NCBI GenBank assembly: GCA_963606965.1
Contig: CAVDAL010000051.1
Span: 31,487-95,486, forward strand
Length of the DNA stretch: 64,000 bases
Direction: 5' to 3'
From: Acutalibacteraceae bacterium
Lineage (GTDB): Bacteria > Actinomycetota > Coriobacteriia > Coriobacteriales > QAMH01
Each line of letters opens with the position of its first letter. Within the stretch, counting starts at the first letter, position 1. Below, one piece after another: positions 7,920 through 20,385 of the stretch. The translations under genes and the position numbers were made by a program. The notes beneath the pieces are model-generated. The model saw only the letters and a list, made by a program, of their open reading frames with translations. It was not told where the DNA came from and ran no database searches.

Positions 7920-9037
7920 GTTCTTATAAAGTTGTTCATTTAGCATTTCCTGATAAGGATGCAGAAGTTCACATCGGCAAAGGAGTTCTTGCAGATATTG
8001 CAAGTATGTCAAAGGATAGATTTGTTGGAACAAAGGTCCTTTTTGTTTCTGATGAAACATGCGGTCCTGTATATGGTGAGCTTTCTAAAAAGCGATTTGA
8101 AGAATTGGAATATCAAGTTTTTGAGATTCAATTTAAAGCTAATGAAGATATAAAAACGCTTGATAATATTAAAGAGATTTGGGAAAAACTAAAGTTTGAA
8201 CACTTCAGCAGGGAAGATATTATAGTTGCAATAGGTGGGTCAACAATTTTAGAGCTTGTTGGTTTTGCTGCATCAACTTATATGCATGGAATGCGTTATA
8301 TTCAAGTTCCAACAACATTAATGTCAATGGCTGATACATGTGTTGGTGGCAAGAGCAATATAGAATTTTCAAATAAACAGAATGTTCTTGGAACTTTTTA
8401 TCAGGCAGACCTTGTATGCTGCGACACTCGTTGTTTGCATACTTGCAATGATGAAGAATGGCAAAATGGTTTTGCTTCTTTAGTGCGTTGTGCTATAGTT
8501 GCTCCGCGCCGCAGTTTTTATGAATGGCTGCGTTCTCATGCGTCAAGCTTGCAAAACAAGGACGATTTCACATTGCGTGATGCAATTTATATGTCCCTTG
8601 ATTGCAAAGCGGATCTTGTGATGAAAGACTTTTCTGATACAACTGATGTTCAGGCTTGTTTCAAGATGGGAGACAGCTTTGCATCTGCACTGTTAAGCAC
8701 AGATGCCGCTAAAGACTTGTCTTGCGGTCTTGCTTTGGCTGAAGCTTTGCGTTTTTCCTCGAAACTTGCTGTTGAAGTTTTGGGGACGCCAATAGATTTC
8801 ATAACAAGATTAGAAGAGTTGCTTACGCTTTTTGATCTTAAGGAACAGGGTTTTTCTAGCACACCAGAAAATATTTTTTATGCACTGACATCTCAAGAAA
8901 ATTCAAGCGTAGAATCATTCCAGTTTATTCTGCCAAGAGACTTTAATGAATGGGATTGCGTTAAAGTTTCAGATGAACTTGTTTATGAGCATGTCGATGC
9001 TTGGTGTACATATAAAGAGCAACTGCTAAATCAGTAA
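7916..9037 (+). CDS. 3-dehydroquinate synthase homologue with substituted metal and catalytic residues
   Basis: DHQS-like 'GGS..E..GFAAS' and 'VPTTLMSMADTCVGGK'. The expected E/H/H/H positions read S188/D253/S257/C270 (see finding). Confidence 0.7.
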   Translation: MSSYKVVHLAFPDKDAEVHIGKGVLADIASMSKDRFVGTKVLFVSDETCGPVYGELSKKRFEELEYQVFEIQFKANEDIKTLDNIKEIWEKLKFEHFSREDIIVAIGGSTILELVGFAASTYMHGMRYIQVPTTLMSMADTCVGGKSNIEFSNKQNVLGTFYQADLVCCDTRCLHTCNDEEWQNGFASLVRCAIVAPRRSFYEWLRSHASSLQNKDDFTLRDAIYMSLDCKADLVMKDFSDTTDVQACFKMGDSFASALLSTDAAKDLSCGLALAEALRFSSKLAVEVLGTPIDFITRLEELLTLFDLKEQGFSSTPENIFYALTSQENSSVESFQFILPRDFNEWDCVKVSDELVYEHVDAWCTYKEQLLNQ

Positions 9038-9080
9038 ATGATGACAATTATGCATAATTTTGAAAGAAGGCAATAAGCAA

Positions 9081-10184
9081 ATGAAAGCACTATCAAGAAT
9101 AGAAAGACTTCGAAACTTGATGGATGAAGAAAATTTAGATGCAATAGTAGTTAGTGCTATAACAGATTTGATGTGGCTTACTGGCTTTGAATATGTTTTT
9201 GATTCTGAACAGGCACATGTTGCATTTATTACAAAAGACGAATGTGTTATTCATACAGATTGCAGATATTCAACAGCAATGAAAAATGCCGCTAAAAGTG
9301 AAGGACTTTGGATTGTTGATGATAAATATGAAAATCATAGTGAATTTATTGGAAGATTGGCAGATAAAAGATCATTAAGTGCATGTAATATTGCAATTGA
9401 TAAAATGACACCTCTTGTATTTTATAAAGCATTAAAAAAGCGCTTGCCGGATGCACAATTCATTGAGCGCGAAAATGACATTTTTAAATTGCGCGAACAA
9501 AAAGATTTAGCAGAAATTGAAAATATTAAGCTTGCACAAGCTTGTGCAGAAGCAGGTTTTAAAGAAATGCTTTCGGAAATTCATGAAGGTATGACTGAGC
9601 GAGAAGTATCATTAATTTTGGAATTTGCGATGCGCAAAAACGGGGCAGATGAATTATCATTTCCTAATATTGTTGCGTCTGGTCCAAATAGTGCAAACCC
9701 GCATGCTATACCAAGCAATAGAAAGTTAAAGAGCGGGGATCTTGTCGTTTTTGATTTTGGTGCGCGCATAAATGGCTATTGTTCTGATACAACAAGGACA
9801 ATTTCAATTGGCAAGCCAAGTGAAGAACAAAAGCGAATTTATAATGCTGTACGCCTTGCAAATGAAGAAGTTGAAAAATCTTTGCATGCTGGTGTCACAG
9901 GCAAACAAATGCATATACTTGCCGAAGAAGTCTTGCAAGATGCAGGCTTTGGGGGAAAAATGGGACATGCGCTTGGTCATGGTGTAGGTTTGAATGTTCA
10001 TGAAAACCCAACACTTTCGCCTAAAGCAGAGGCTGCTTTGAGAGAAGGCTCAATCGTGACAGTTGAACCAGGTGTTTATATCAGTGGGGAAAATGGTGTA
10101 AGATTAGAAGACTTCGGCTGTGTTAAAGCATCGTCTTTCGATAATTTCTGCAAGTTGCCTCACGATATGTATATTCTAGAGTAA
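9081..10184 (+). CDS. pepP: Xaa-Pro aminopeptidase/dipeptidase (M24B)
   Basis: Pita-bread fold metal ligands in 'DFGA..NGYCSD.TRT', 'HALGHGVGL.VHE', 'VTVEPG'. ATG 9081 sits behind AAGAAGG. Confidence 0.85.
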   Translation: MKALSRIERLRNLMDEENLDAIVVSAITDLMWLTGFEYVFDSEQAHVAFITKDECVIHTDCRYSTAMKNAAKSEGLWIVDDKYENHSEFIGRLADKRSLSACNIAIDKMTPLVFYKALKKRLPDAQFIERENDIFKLREQKDLAEIENIKLAQACAEAGFKEMLSEIHEGMTEREVSLILEFAMRKNGADELSFPNIVASGPNSANPHAIPSNRKLKSGDLVVFDFGARINGYCSDTTRTISIGKPSEEQKRIYNAVRLANEEVEKSLHAGVTGKQMHILAEEVLQDAGFGGKMGHALGHGVGLNVHENPTLSPKAEAALREGSIVTVEPGVYISGENGVRLEDFGCVKASSFDNFCKLPHDMYILE

Positions 10185-10217
10185 AATGAACTGTTAAAAA
10201 TAAAGAAAGGAAAGAAA

Positions 10218-10778
10218 GTGACTGTTCAACCATCTAATTTCAGAAATGGAATGTGCATTAAGTACAACAACAAACTTTGCACAATTGTAGAATTTCAACA
10301 TGTAAAGCCTGGTAAAGGCGGTGCCTTTGTTCGCACAAAACTGAAAGATATTACAACTGGTCGTGTTGTTGATTATACATTCCGCCCAACAGAAAAGTTT
10401 GACGATGTTCGTCTTGAATCAAAAGATATTACATATTCATGGACTGATGGTGAAATTTATTATTTCATGGATCCAGAAACATATGAAATGCTTGAAATTC
10501 CAGCTGACACAATTGGCGATGCTGCAAAATGGATTAAGGAAGATTTTTCTTGCAAAGCAATGTATGCAGACGGCAAATTGATTAGCGTTGAGCCTCCTAT
10601 GTTTGTAGAACTTGAGGTTAGCAATACAGAGCCTGGTTTCAAAGGCAATACTGTTCAGTCTGGCACAAAGCCTGCAACTCTTGAAACAGGAGCAGAGGTT
10701 AAGGTTCCATTGTTTATTGAGATTGGCGATAAAGTTAAAATCGACTCAAGAGATGGTCGTTTTGTAGAACGCGTTTAA
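10218..10778 (+). CDS. efp: Elongation factor P
   Basis: 'VEFQHVKPGKGGAFVRTKLK' loop, 186 aa, GTG start after AAAGGAAAG. Confidence 0.95.
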   Translation: MTVQPSNFRNGMCIKYNNKLCTIVEFQHVKPGKGGAFVRTKLKDITTGRVVDYTFRPTEKFDDVRLESKDITYSWTDGEIYYFMDPETYEMLEIPADTIGDAAKWIKEDFSCKAMYADGKLISVEPPMFVELEVSNTEPGFKGNTVQSGTKPATLETGAEVKVPLFIEIGDKVKIDSRDGRFVERV

Positions 10779-11507
<729 letters not shown>

Positions 11508-11520
11508 TAAAGGAGGAAGC

Positions 11521-12078
11521 ATGTCTGAATTCACTGATAAAGCTAAAGAGAATATGGAAAAGACATTGACGTCATTGTCAGGTTCTTTTGCGAACTTGCG
11601 CACAGGTCGTGCTTCTGCTTCCATGCTTGACGGAATTACTGTCGATTATTATGGAGCAGCAACTCCTATTACTCAAATTACTGCTGTAAAGACTCCTGAA
11701 GCATCACTTCTTACTGTTGAGCCATGGGATAAAAGTATTGTCAATGCTGTAGAAAAAGCAATTCTTGCTTCAAACCTTGGCGTTACTCCAAATAATGATG
11801 GCAGCGGCATTATTCGATTGCCTTTCCCAGCTCCTACTGAAGAACGCCGTAAAGAAATTGTTAAAGAGTGCAAGCAGGTTGCAGAAAATGCACGCATTGC
11901 TATTCGCAATGTTCGCCGTGATATTAAAAATTCTATGGAAAAAGCGCAAAAAGATGGCGAAATGAGCGAAGACGAACTTAAGCGCGCAGAAGACGAACTT
12001 CAAAAAGTTACTGATACTTATATCAAAAAAGTAGATTCAGCTTTGGCTGATAAAGAAAAAGAAGTGATGGAGATTTAA
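11521..12078 (+). CDS. frr: Ribosome recycling factor
   Basis: 'LRTGRAS..ML..I.VDYYG', 'R.A.RN.RRD', 185 aa, strong AAAGGAGG SD. Confidence 0.95.
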   Translation: MSEFTDKAKENMEKTLTSLSGSFANLRTGRASASMLDGITVDYYGAATPITQITAVKTPEASLLTVEPWDKSIVNAVEKAILASNLGVTPNNDGSGIIRLPFPAPTEERRKEIVKECKQVAENARIAIRNVRRDIKNSMEKAQKDGEMSEDELKRAEDELQKVTDTYIKKVDSALADKEKEVMEI

Positions 12079-12855
12079 GTGGATTTATCTGCTTCAACAA
12101 TTCAGAAAATCTTTCCACAACTTCCAGATGATATAAATATAAGCGAGCTTGATTTAAATAATGTGCCAAAAAGCGTTGCCATAATAATGGATGGTAATGG
12201 CAGATGGGCACAAGCTCGTGGCCTGAAAAGAGGGGAAGGGCACAAAGCAGGCATTGGCGCTGTGCGAGAAGCTATTCGCACATGCAATGACCTTGGCGTG
12301 CGTTTTTTAACTATCTATTCATTTTCTTCTGAAAATTGGAAGCGCCCAAAAGAAGAAGTTAGCGGCTTGATGGATTTATTTGCTAAAACAATGGATGCAG
12401 AAATTTCAGGCTTAATGGCTGAAGATGTTCGTATTCGTCTTCTTGGGCGCATTGAAGATTTGCCTCTGGTCACACGTACTGTATTTTCAAAAGCGCAAAA
12501 AAGGTCAGCAAATAATAGTGGCATGACTTTAGCAATTGCTGTAAATTATGGTGCTCGTCAAGAAATTTGTGACGCTGCTCGTTCAATTTTTAAAGAAATT
12601 GAAAGCGGCAAAATTAAACCTGATGACATTGATGAAGAATTGTTTTCTTCTTATTTATATGCTCCTGATGTTTCAGATCCAGATTTAGTGATTCGAACAA
12701 GCGGTGAAATGCGCATATCAAACTTCCTGCTTTGGCAATCTGCTTATTCTGAATTTTATGTCTCTGATGTTTTGTGGCCAGATTTTGATAGATATGAATT
12801 GTTGCGAGCGATATTGTCATATCAAAAACGAGTCAGAAGGTTTGGAAGCGTATAA
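12079..12855 (+). CDS. uppS: Undecaprenyl (isoprenyl) diphosphate synthase
   Basis: 'IIMDGNGRWA', 'IRTSGE.R.SNFLLWQ..Y.E'. GTG immediately follows the frr stop. Confidence 0.9.
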   Translation: MDLSASTIQKIFPQLPDDINISELDLNNVPKSVAIIMDGNGRWAQARGLKRGEGHKAGIGAVREAIRTCNDLGVRFLTIYSFSSENWKRPKEEVSGLMDLFAKTMDAEISGLMAEDVRIRLLGRIEDLPLVTRTVFSKAQKRSANNSGMTLAIAVNYGARQEICDAARSIFKEIESGKIKPDDIDEELFSSYLYAPDVSDPDLVIRTSGEMRISNFLLWQSAYSEFYVSDVLWPDFDRYELLRAILSYQKRVRRFGSV

Positions 12856-12858
12856 GTT

Positions 12859-13719
12859 ATGGCTCTTGACAGCAAAGTCTTTTTAAAGCGTACGTGTGCT
12901 GGCGCTGTTTATATTATTTTAACTGGCGGTTTGACACTGTTAAGTTATTACACATGCGTCCTTGTTATTGCTGCTACTTCAGTTATATGTTGCTATGAAT
13001 TTTTAAAAATGAGCAAAGCAAAAGAACATAAGCCATATACAGTAATTTCTTGCATTTTTGCTTGTTTGATTCCGCTCAGTTTTCTTCTTAGCATGAGTGT
13101 TACAAGTCATATTTTGCTTGCATTCAGCATTGCTTTAATTGGTGGAATCGTTATAGCTTTAGCTTATTTTAAAAAAATTGAAGATACTATTGAAGACCTT
13201 TGCATTTCAATTTTTGCATTTCTATACACAGGCCTGATGCTATCATTTTTAATTTTATTGCGCGATACACTGCCAGGTTTTGAAGGCGGCTTAATAGTTG
13301 TCTTTTTCTTGTTAAGCATTTGGATGACAGATGCTTTTGCATATGTTGGGGGCAGCGCTTGGGGCAAGCATAAATTTTGTCCAAGCATTTCCCCTAAAAA
13401 ATCATGGGAAGGCGTTTTATTCGGCTACATTGGCAGCATAATTTTTTGGTTATTGATTCCGCTTTTTATTCCAGAGTGTGGCTTTGGATATATTTGGGCG
13501 ATAATTTGTGCAATCATTTGTGCTACTGCAGGAATTATTGGCGACTTGTTTGAATCGCATATTAAGCGCGGTTTTGGTGTTAAAGATTCTGGGAATATTA
13601 TGCCAGGACATGGCGGGCTACTGGATAGGAGTGACTCACTTTTGAGTTCTTCAATTTTTGCATATTTGCTTGTTTTAGCTGCGCCTTATGTAACAGCTTT
13701 TATTGGATTTGCATTATGA
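12859..13719 (+). CDS. cdsA: Phosphatidate cytidylyltransferase
   Basis: Polytopic membrane protein with the CTP_transf_1 signature 'SHIKRGFGVKDSGNIMPGHGGLLDRSDS'. Confidence 0.9.
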   Translation: MALDSKVFLKRTCAGAVYIILTGGLTLLSYYTCVLVIAATSVICCYEFLKMSKAKEHKPYTVISCIFACLIPLSFLLSMSVTSHILLAFSIALIGGIVIALAYFKKIEDTIEDLCISIFAFLYTGLMLSFLILLRDTLPGFEGGLIVVFFLLSIWMTDAFAYVGGSAWGKHKFCPSISPKKSWEGVLFGYIGSIIFWLLIPLFIPECGFGYIWAIICAIICATAGIIGDLFESHIKRGFGVKDSGNIMPGHGGLLDRSDSLLSSSIFAYLLVLAAPYVTAFIGFAL

Positions 13720-14867
13720 AAAAATTAAATTTAGTTTTGCTTGGAGCAACAGGCTCTATTGGCACACAAACTTTAGATGTTGTGCGCATGCACAAAGATG
13801 TTATTCAAATTGTTGCTCTAGCTGCTGGTAGCCGCGTTGAAGAACTTGTATCTTATGCACAAGAATTTAATGTTAAACATATTGCATTAGGTAATGAAGA
13901 TTGCAAAAATTCCAATGCTTTAAATTCTTTGGATGAAAGTGTTGAATGTAGCTTTGGCTTAGATGCTGTTACAGATCTTGTTCATCTTGAAAATGCTGAT
14001 ATTGTCTTAAATGCTCTTTCAGGGGCGGCAGGCTTGCGAGCTAGTTATGAAACTCTAAAAAGCGGCAAAATTTTAGCGCTTGCAAATAAAGAATCTCTTG
14101 TTGTTGGCGGCGACTTAATTATGCCTCTTGCAACTCATGAAACACTGCTCCCAGTAGACTCAGAACATTCAGCAATTTATCAATGTTATCTTGGCGAATA
14201 TGCAAAAGAAGCAAGAAAGATTTGGCTTACAGCTTCTGGTGGTCCTTTCCGCGGGTTTAGTCGCACGCAGCTTTCTGAAGTTACATCAAAGCAGGCGCTT
14301 GCTCATCCAACATGGAATATGGGGCCAAAAATTACAATAGATTCTGCTAGCCTTATGAATAAAGGTCTTGAAGTTTTAGAGGCCCACCATTTATTCGATG
14401 TTGCAATAGATGATATTCGTGTTGTTGTTCATCCACAATCATGTGTTCATTCTATGGTCGAATATGTTGATGGATCTGTAAAAGCTCACCTTGGCGTTGC
14501 TGATATGCGGATTCCTATTCAATTTGCTTTAAGCTATCCACACAGGTGGGAAAGTCCAGCAGCAGAAATTGATTTCACAAAGCTTCATTCTTTAGAATTC
14601 TTTGATCCAGATTATGAAACTTTTCGCTGCTTAAGCTTGGCACTAGATGCTGGCAGGGAAGGTGGTACTCTTCCATGTGTAATGAATGCTGCCAATGAAG
14701 TCGCAGTTGCGACATTCTTGAAAGATGCTTGCAGCTTGACAGACATAGACATCTGTGTTGAAAAATGCATGAATCATTTTGGCTCACAAAAAGTAGAGAG
14801 CATTGATCAACTTGTTGAAGTTGATGCTCTTGCAAGATCTTATGCAAGGAACTGTTTAAACGCATGA
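13716..14867 (+). CDS. dxr: 1-deoxy-D-xylulose-5-phosphate reductoisomerase
   Basis: 'LGATGSIG', 'LANKESLV', 'PVDSEHSA', 'HPTWNMG.KITIDSA.L.NKGLE'. Confidence 0.95.
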   Translation: MKKLNLVLLGATGSIGTQTLDVVRMHKDVIQIVALAAGSRVEELVSYAQEFNVKHIALGNEDCKNSNALNSLDESVECSFGLDAVTDLVHLENADIVLNALSGAAGLRASYETLKSGKILALANKESLVVGGDLIMPLATHETLLPVDSEHSAIYQCYLGEYAKEARKIWLTASGGPFRGFSRTQLSEVTSKQALAHPTWNMGPKITIDSASLMNKGLEVLEAHHLFDVAIDDIRVVVHPQSCVHSMVEYVDGSVKAHLGVADMRIPIQFALSYPHRWESPAAEIDFTKLHSLEFFDPDYETFRCLSLALDAGREGGTLPCVMNAANEVAVATFLKDACSLTDIDICVEKCMNHFGSQKVESIDQLVEVDALARSYARNCLNA

Positions 14868-16141
14868 ATGCTCTTTTAACAATTTTTTGGGGAATAGTTG
14901 TTCTTTTAGTGCTCGTATTTATTCATGAGCTTGGACATTTTATTGCTGCAAGATGTTTTAAAGTCCGCGTTACAGAATTCATGATTGGAATGCCAGGGCC
15001 TAATATTAGTTTTGAGCATAATGGCTGCAGATATGGCATCACTTGCATTCCATTGGGTGGATATAATCGCATTACCGGTATGGAAGGCGGTATCGAAAAC
15101 CCCAATTTAAGCAAAGTTTTGGAATATGTTTATAAACAAGGGAAGGTAGATACTGAACATACAGCTTTAGCCTGTGGCTTAAGTGAAGAAGATGCATTGG
15201 AAGCTTTAATCATTTTGGATGGTTGGGGCAGCATCAAAAAAGAAAAGCAAAAAAGCTCGCAAGACATTTATCTTGCTCCAAAAACACAAGAATTTGAACT
15301 GGGACAAGCTCGCATTGTTGAAGATTCAAAAGCACTACTTGATTCTGAACGAAAACAAACTTATAGAGGTTTAAATTTTTGGCGCAGGCTTGTTGTTCTT
15401 TTTGCTGGACCGCTAACTAATATCATTGCTGCTCTTTTAATTTTTGTGATTTTATTTTCTTGTATCGGCATTACATATGCAACAAATACAGTTGATTATG
15501 TTACAGATGGAAGCCCAGCTGCTCAATATTTGCAACACGGCGATGTAATCACAAAAGCAAACGGGCAAGAAATTTCTTCTTCACAAGATTTAGCAACTGT
15601 TCTTTCTTCATTAAAAGAAGACGAAGATGTCACTTTGACTGTGCAGCGCAATGGTGAAGAAAAACAATTCACAATGACTCCAAAAAAGGATGAAAATGGC
15701 TCGTACAAGCTTGGCTTTTATGCAATGGCTGATAAATATAAATTAAGTGTTGGGCAGTCTATTAAAGTTTCTTGGACGCTAACAGTTGAAACTGTAAAAT
15801 CATATGCTCAGCTTTTCAATCCTTTAACAATGGCTGATACAGTATCTGAATCAAGTTCTGTAGTTGGCATATCTGTCATGGCAAAACAAGCAGCAGACGC
15901 TGGCGCATTTAATCTCTTTTACTTACTTGCTGTTATTTCGCTTTCATTAGGAGTTGTAAATTTAGTTCCTGTTCCGCCTTTGGATGGTGGAAGAATTCTT
16001 ATTGAAGTTATTCAAGTCATAGCAAGACGTGAAATTTCCGCAAAAGTTGTTAATGCAATTTCATATATCGTCATAATTTTACTTTTGCTTTTATTTGTTG
16101 TTTTATTGCGGCAAGATATTATTAATTTCATTTTAAAATAA
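14864..16141 (+). CDS. rseP: Site-2 (M50) zinc metalloprotease, RseP-like
   Basis: 'HELGHF', an internal PDZ-like segment, 'NLVPVPPLDGG'. Confidence 0.9.
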   Translation: MNALLTIFWGIVVLLVLVFIHELGHFIAARCFKVRVTEFMIGMPGPNISFEHNGCRYGITCIPLGGYNRITGMEGGIENPNLSKVLEYVYKQGKVDTEHTALACGLSEEDALEALIILDGWGSIKKEKQKSSQDIYLAPKTQEFELGQARIVEDSKALLDSERKQTYRGLNFWRRLVVLFAGPLTNIIAALLIFVILFSCIGITYATNTVDYVTDGSPAAQYLQHGDVITKANGQEISSSQDLATVLSSLKEDEDVTLTVQRNGEEKQFTMTPKKDENGSYKLGFYAMADKYKLSVGQSIKVSWTLTVETVKSYAQLFNPLTMADTVSESSSVVGISVMAKQAADAGAFNLFYLLAVISLSLGVVNLVPVPPLDGGRILIEVIQVIARREISAKVVNAISYIVIILLLLLFVVLLRQDIINFILK

Positions 16142-16237
16142 ATGCATAATTGTTAAAGGCGAAATAAATACACCGCATGCACAAAGTTTGTGCAGTAAAG
16201 CGTATATGCAGACTTTATCGTGGTAACATATTCAAAA

Positions 16238-16270
16238 CCTTTAAGTAAGGTCCAGAGAGGCCAACAAGGG
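16238..16270 (+). promoter_or_regulatory. PyrR-binding RNA hairpin overlapping the pyrR Shine-Dalgarno
   Basis: GGUCCAGAGAGGCC (16248-16262) matches the PyrR box RUCCAGAGAGGYU. The flanking CCUU (16238-41) can pair with AAGG (16267-70) of the SD AAGGGAG. Confidence 0.75.
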
Positions 16271-16276
16271 AGATGA

Positions 16277-17821
<1,545 letters not shown>

Positions 17822-17838
<17 letters not shown>

Positions 17839-19123
17839 AAATGTTCATGCAATTGACCCACAGGTAAATCTTGATAGTGAAATTGATATCTTGATTGAAG
17901 ATGGGCTAATCAAAAACATTGCAAAATCAATAGAAGAAAATAATATTGATGAAGTATGTGACATGCAAAACAAAATTGCAATTCCTGGCATGATTGATAT
18001 GCATGTTCACTTCCGTGACCCTGGCTTTGAATATAAAGAAACAATTGAATCTGGGATGCGCGCTGCTGCACATGGTGGTTTTGTTGGCGTTGTTCCAATG
18101 GCTAATACAAAGCCTGTTTGCGATGATGGCTCAAAGGTTAGATATATCATCGAAAAAAATGCTTATAAGCCTGGCCGCACTCGAATTTATCCACTTGGTG
18201 CATGTACAAAAGAGCTAAAAGGTAAAGAGCTTGCCGAAATTGGAGATATGTATTCATGCGGAATAAAGGCCTTAAGCGATGATGGCAAAGGAATTCAAGA
18301 TAGCGGCGTTGCGCGCCGTGTGATGGATTATGCAAAAGCATTTGATTTGCCAGTTTTAAGTCATTGCCAAATGGAAGACTTGGCAGGACAGGGTGTTGTT
18401 AATGAAGGCGTAGCTTCAACGCGCTTAGGTATGGCAGGATGGCCTGGTGCTGCTGAAGAAATTCAAATTTCGCGCGACATTCAATTAGCAAAGCTTACTG
18501 GTTGCCACATTCATATTCAGCATGTTACAACAGCAGCTGGCATTGAAATTATTAAAGCTGCAAAAAATGAAGGCATCCCTGTTAGTTGCGAAGTCACTCC
18601 ACATCATTTGTTCTTGTGTGAAGATGACATATCCGACTTGGAATATAACACAAACTTAAAAATGAACCCGCCGCTGCGAACGCGCGAAGACTGTGCAGCG
18701 CTGCAAGAAGCATTAGCTCAAGGAATTATTGATGTAATTGCAACAGATCATGCTCCACATGCAAAACATGAAAAAGCTTTGGAATTTGAAATTGCTCCAT
18801 TTGGCACAACAGGTTTAGAAACAGCATTTGCTCTTGTTTATACAAACTTAATAAGCAAAGGCAAACTGTCTTGGAATCGTTTTATTGATGCAAGCTCTGT
18901 TCAAGCAAGAAAGATTTTGCATCTTCAGCCTGTGTCAATCAAAGAAGGTTCAGTTGCAGATTTAACATTTATTGATACAGAGCAAAAATGGACTGTAGAA
19001 GAAGACTTTTTTGAATCAAAGTCTGTAAATAGCGCATTTTTAGGAATGAATTTGCAAGGAATACCAAGCGATGTTTATGTTGAAGGCATTCCTTCTTTGA
19101 AAAATGGAAAGGTGATGTTTTAG
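17822..19123 (+). CDS. pyrC: Dihydroorotase
   Basis: 'DMHVHFRDPG', 'ATDHAPH', 433 aa. Confidence 0.95.
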
Positions 19124-20385
19124 TGGGATTACAAAAGGGTAAAGCTGCAATTTTATTGCTTGAAGATGGAACTAGCTTTATGGGTTATTCTTGCGGTGCA
19201 GAAAAGGAAGTCTTTGGTGAAATCTGCTTCAATACATCGCTAACAGGTTATCAAGAAGTGGCAAGTGACCCGTCATATGCTGGTCAGATTATCACAATGA
19301 CATATCCGCAAATTGGCAATTATGGTGTAAATGCTGAAGATATGCAATCTCGCAATCTATTCTGTAAAGGCTTTGTTGTGCGTGATATGTGTAATAAACC
19401 AAGCAATTTCAGAAGTACGACATCACTTCCAGAATTTTTCAAGAAGAGTGGTCTTGTGGCAATTGAAGGCGTAGACACTCGCAAGCTTGTTCGCCATGTT
19501 CGCGACAACGGTGCAATGAAGGCTGTGATTTCTACAGACTTTGAAGATATGGAGGCCTTGAAGCAACGCCTGAAAGATTCTCCATCCCTTGTTGGGCAAA
19601 ATCTTGTAAAGACTGTTTCTATCGACAAAGCATATACGCTTCCTGCTATAGGAGAAAAAAAGCATCTTGTCATAGCTTATGACTGCGGAATTAAAACCGG
19701 AATTTTATCCGGCTTGTGCAGCAATGGATGTGAAGTTATTGTTGTTCCTTGGGATACTCCAGCAAAAGATGTTTTGGCATATGACCCAGATGGTATATTT
19801 TTGTCAAATGGCCCAGGCGACCCTGAACCTATCGAGCTTTTATATAAGGAAGTTCGCAAATTGATTGGCAAAAAACCTATTTTTGGAATTTGCCTTGGCC
19901 ACCAAATGCTATCTTTGGCTATTGGTGCAGAAATTGAAAAATTGAAATATGGACACCGCGGTGGCAACCAGCCTGTTATGAACCTGCGCACAGGAGCTGT
20001 TGAAATTTCAGCGCAAAATCATGGCTTTGGTCAAGTTTTCCAAAGCATTGGTGAACTTATTCCAGAACTTTCAGGCGGAGAGTCTGAACATAAAAATGAC
20101 TTGCGCTATTGGGCAGAGAAAAGAATTGCCCCTGTCGTTCAATCTAAAGAATTTGGCAGAGTGCAGCTTACGCACGTTAACTTGAATGATGGCACACCAG
20201 AAGGAATGGCTCTTTTGGATTATCCAGTCTTTTCTGTTCAATATCATCCAGAAGCTTCTCCTGGTCCTCATGATTCGTCTTATCTATTCAAGGCATTTTC
20301 ACGCTTGATGGATGGCGATGAAAATTATTTAGATATCGAAGTTCGCGAGATGCGCAACTTCATTAAAGAAGGGGGAGCTGAATAA
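19123..20385 (+). CDS. carA: Carbamoyl-phosphate synthase small (glutaminase) subunit
   Basis: 'TYPQIGNYG', 'GICLGHQ', 'QYHPE'. GTG start shares one base with the pyrC stop. Confidence 0.95.
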   Translation: MGLQKGKAAILLLEDGTSFMGYSCGAEKEVFGEICFNTSLTGYQEVASDPSYAGQIITMTYPQIGNYGVNAEDMQSRNLFCKGFVVRDMCNKPSNFRSTTSLPEFFKKSGLVAIEGVDTRKLVRHVRDNGAMKAVISTDFEDMEALKQRLKDSPSLVGQNLVKTVSIDKAYTLPAIGEKKHLVIAYDCGIKTGILSGLCSNGCEVIVVPWDTPAKDVLAYDPDGIFLSNGPGDPEPIELLYKEVRKLIGKKPIFGICLGHQMLSLAIGAEIEKLKYGHRGGNQPVMNLRTGAVEISAQNHGFGQVFQSIGELIPELSGGESEHKNDLRYWAEKRIAPVVQSKEFGRVQLTHVNLNDGTPEGMALLDYPVFSVQYHPEASPGPHDSSYLFKAFSRLMDGDENYLDIEVREMRNFIKEGGAE

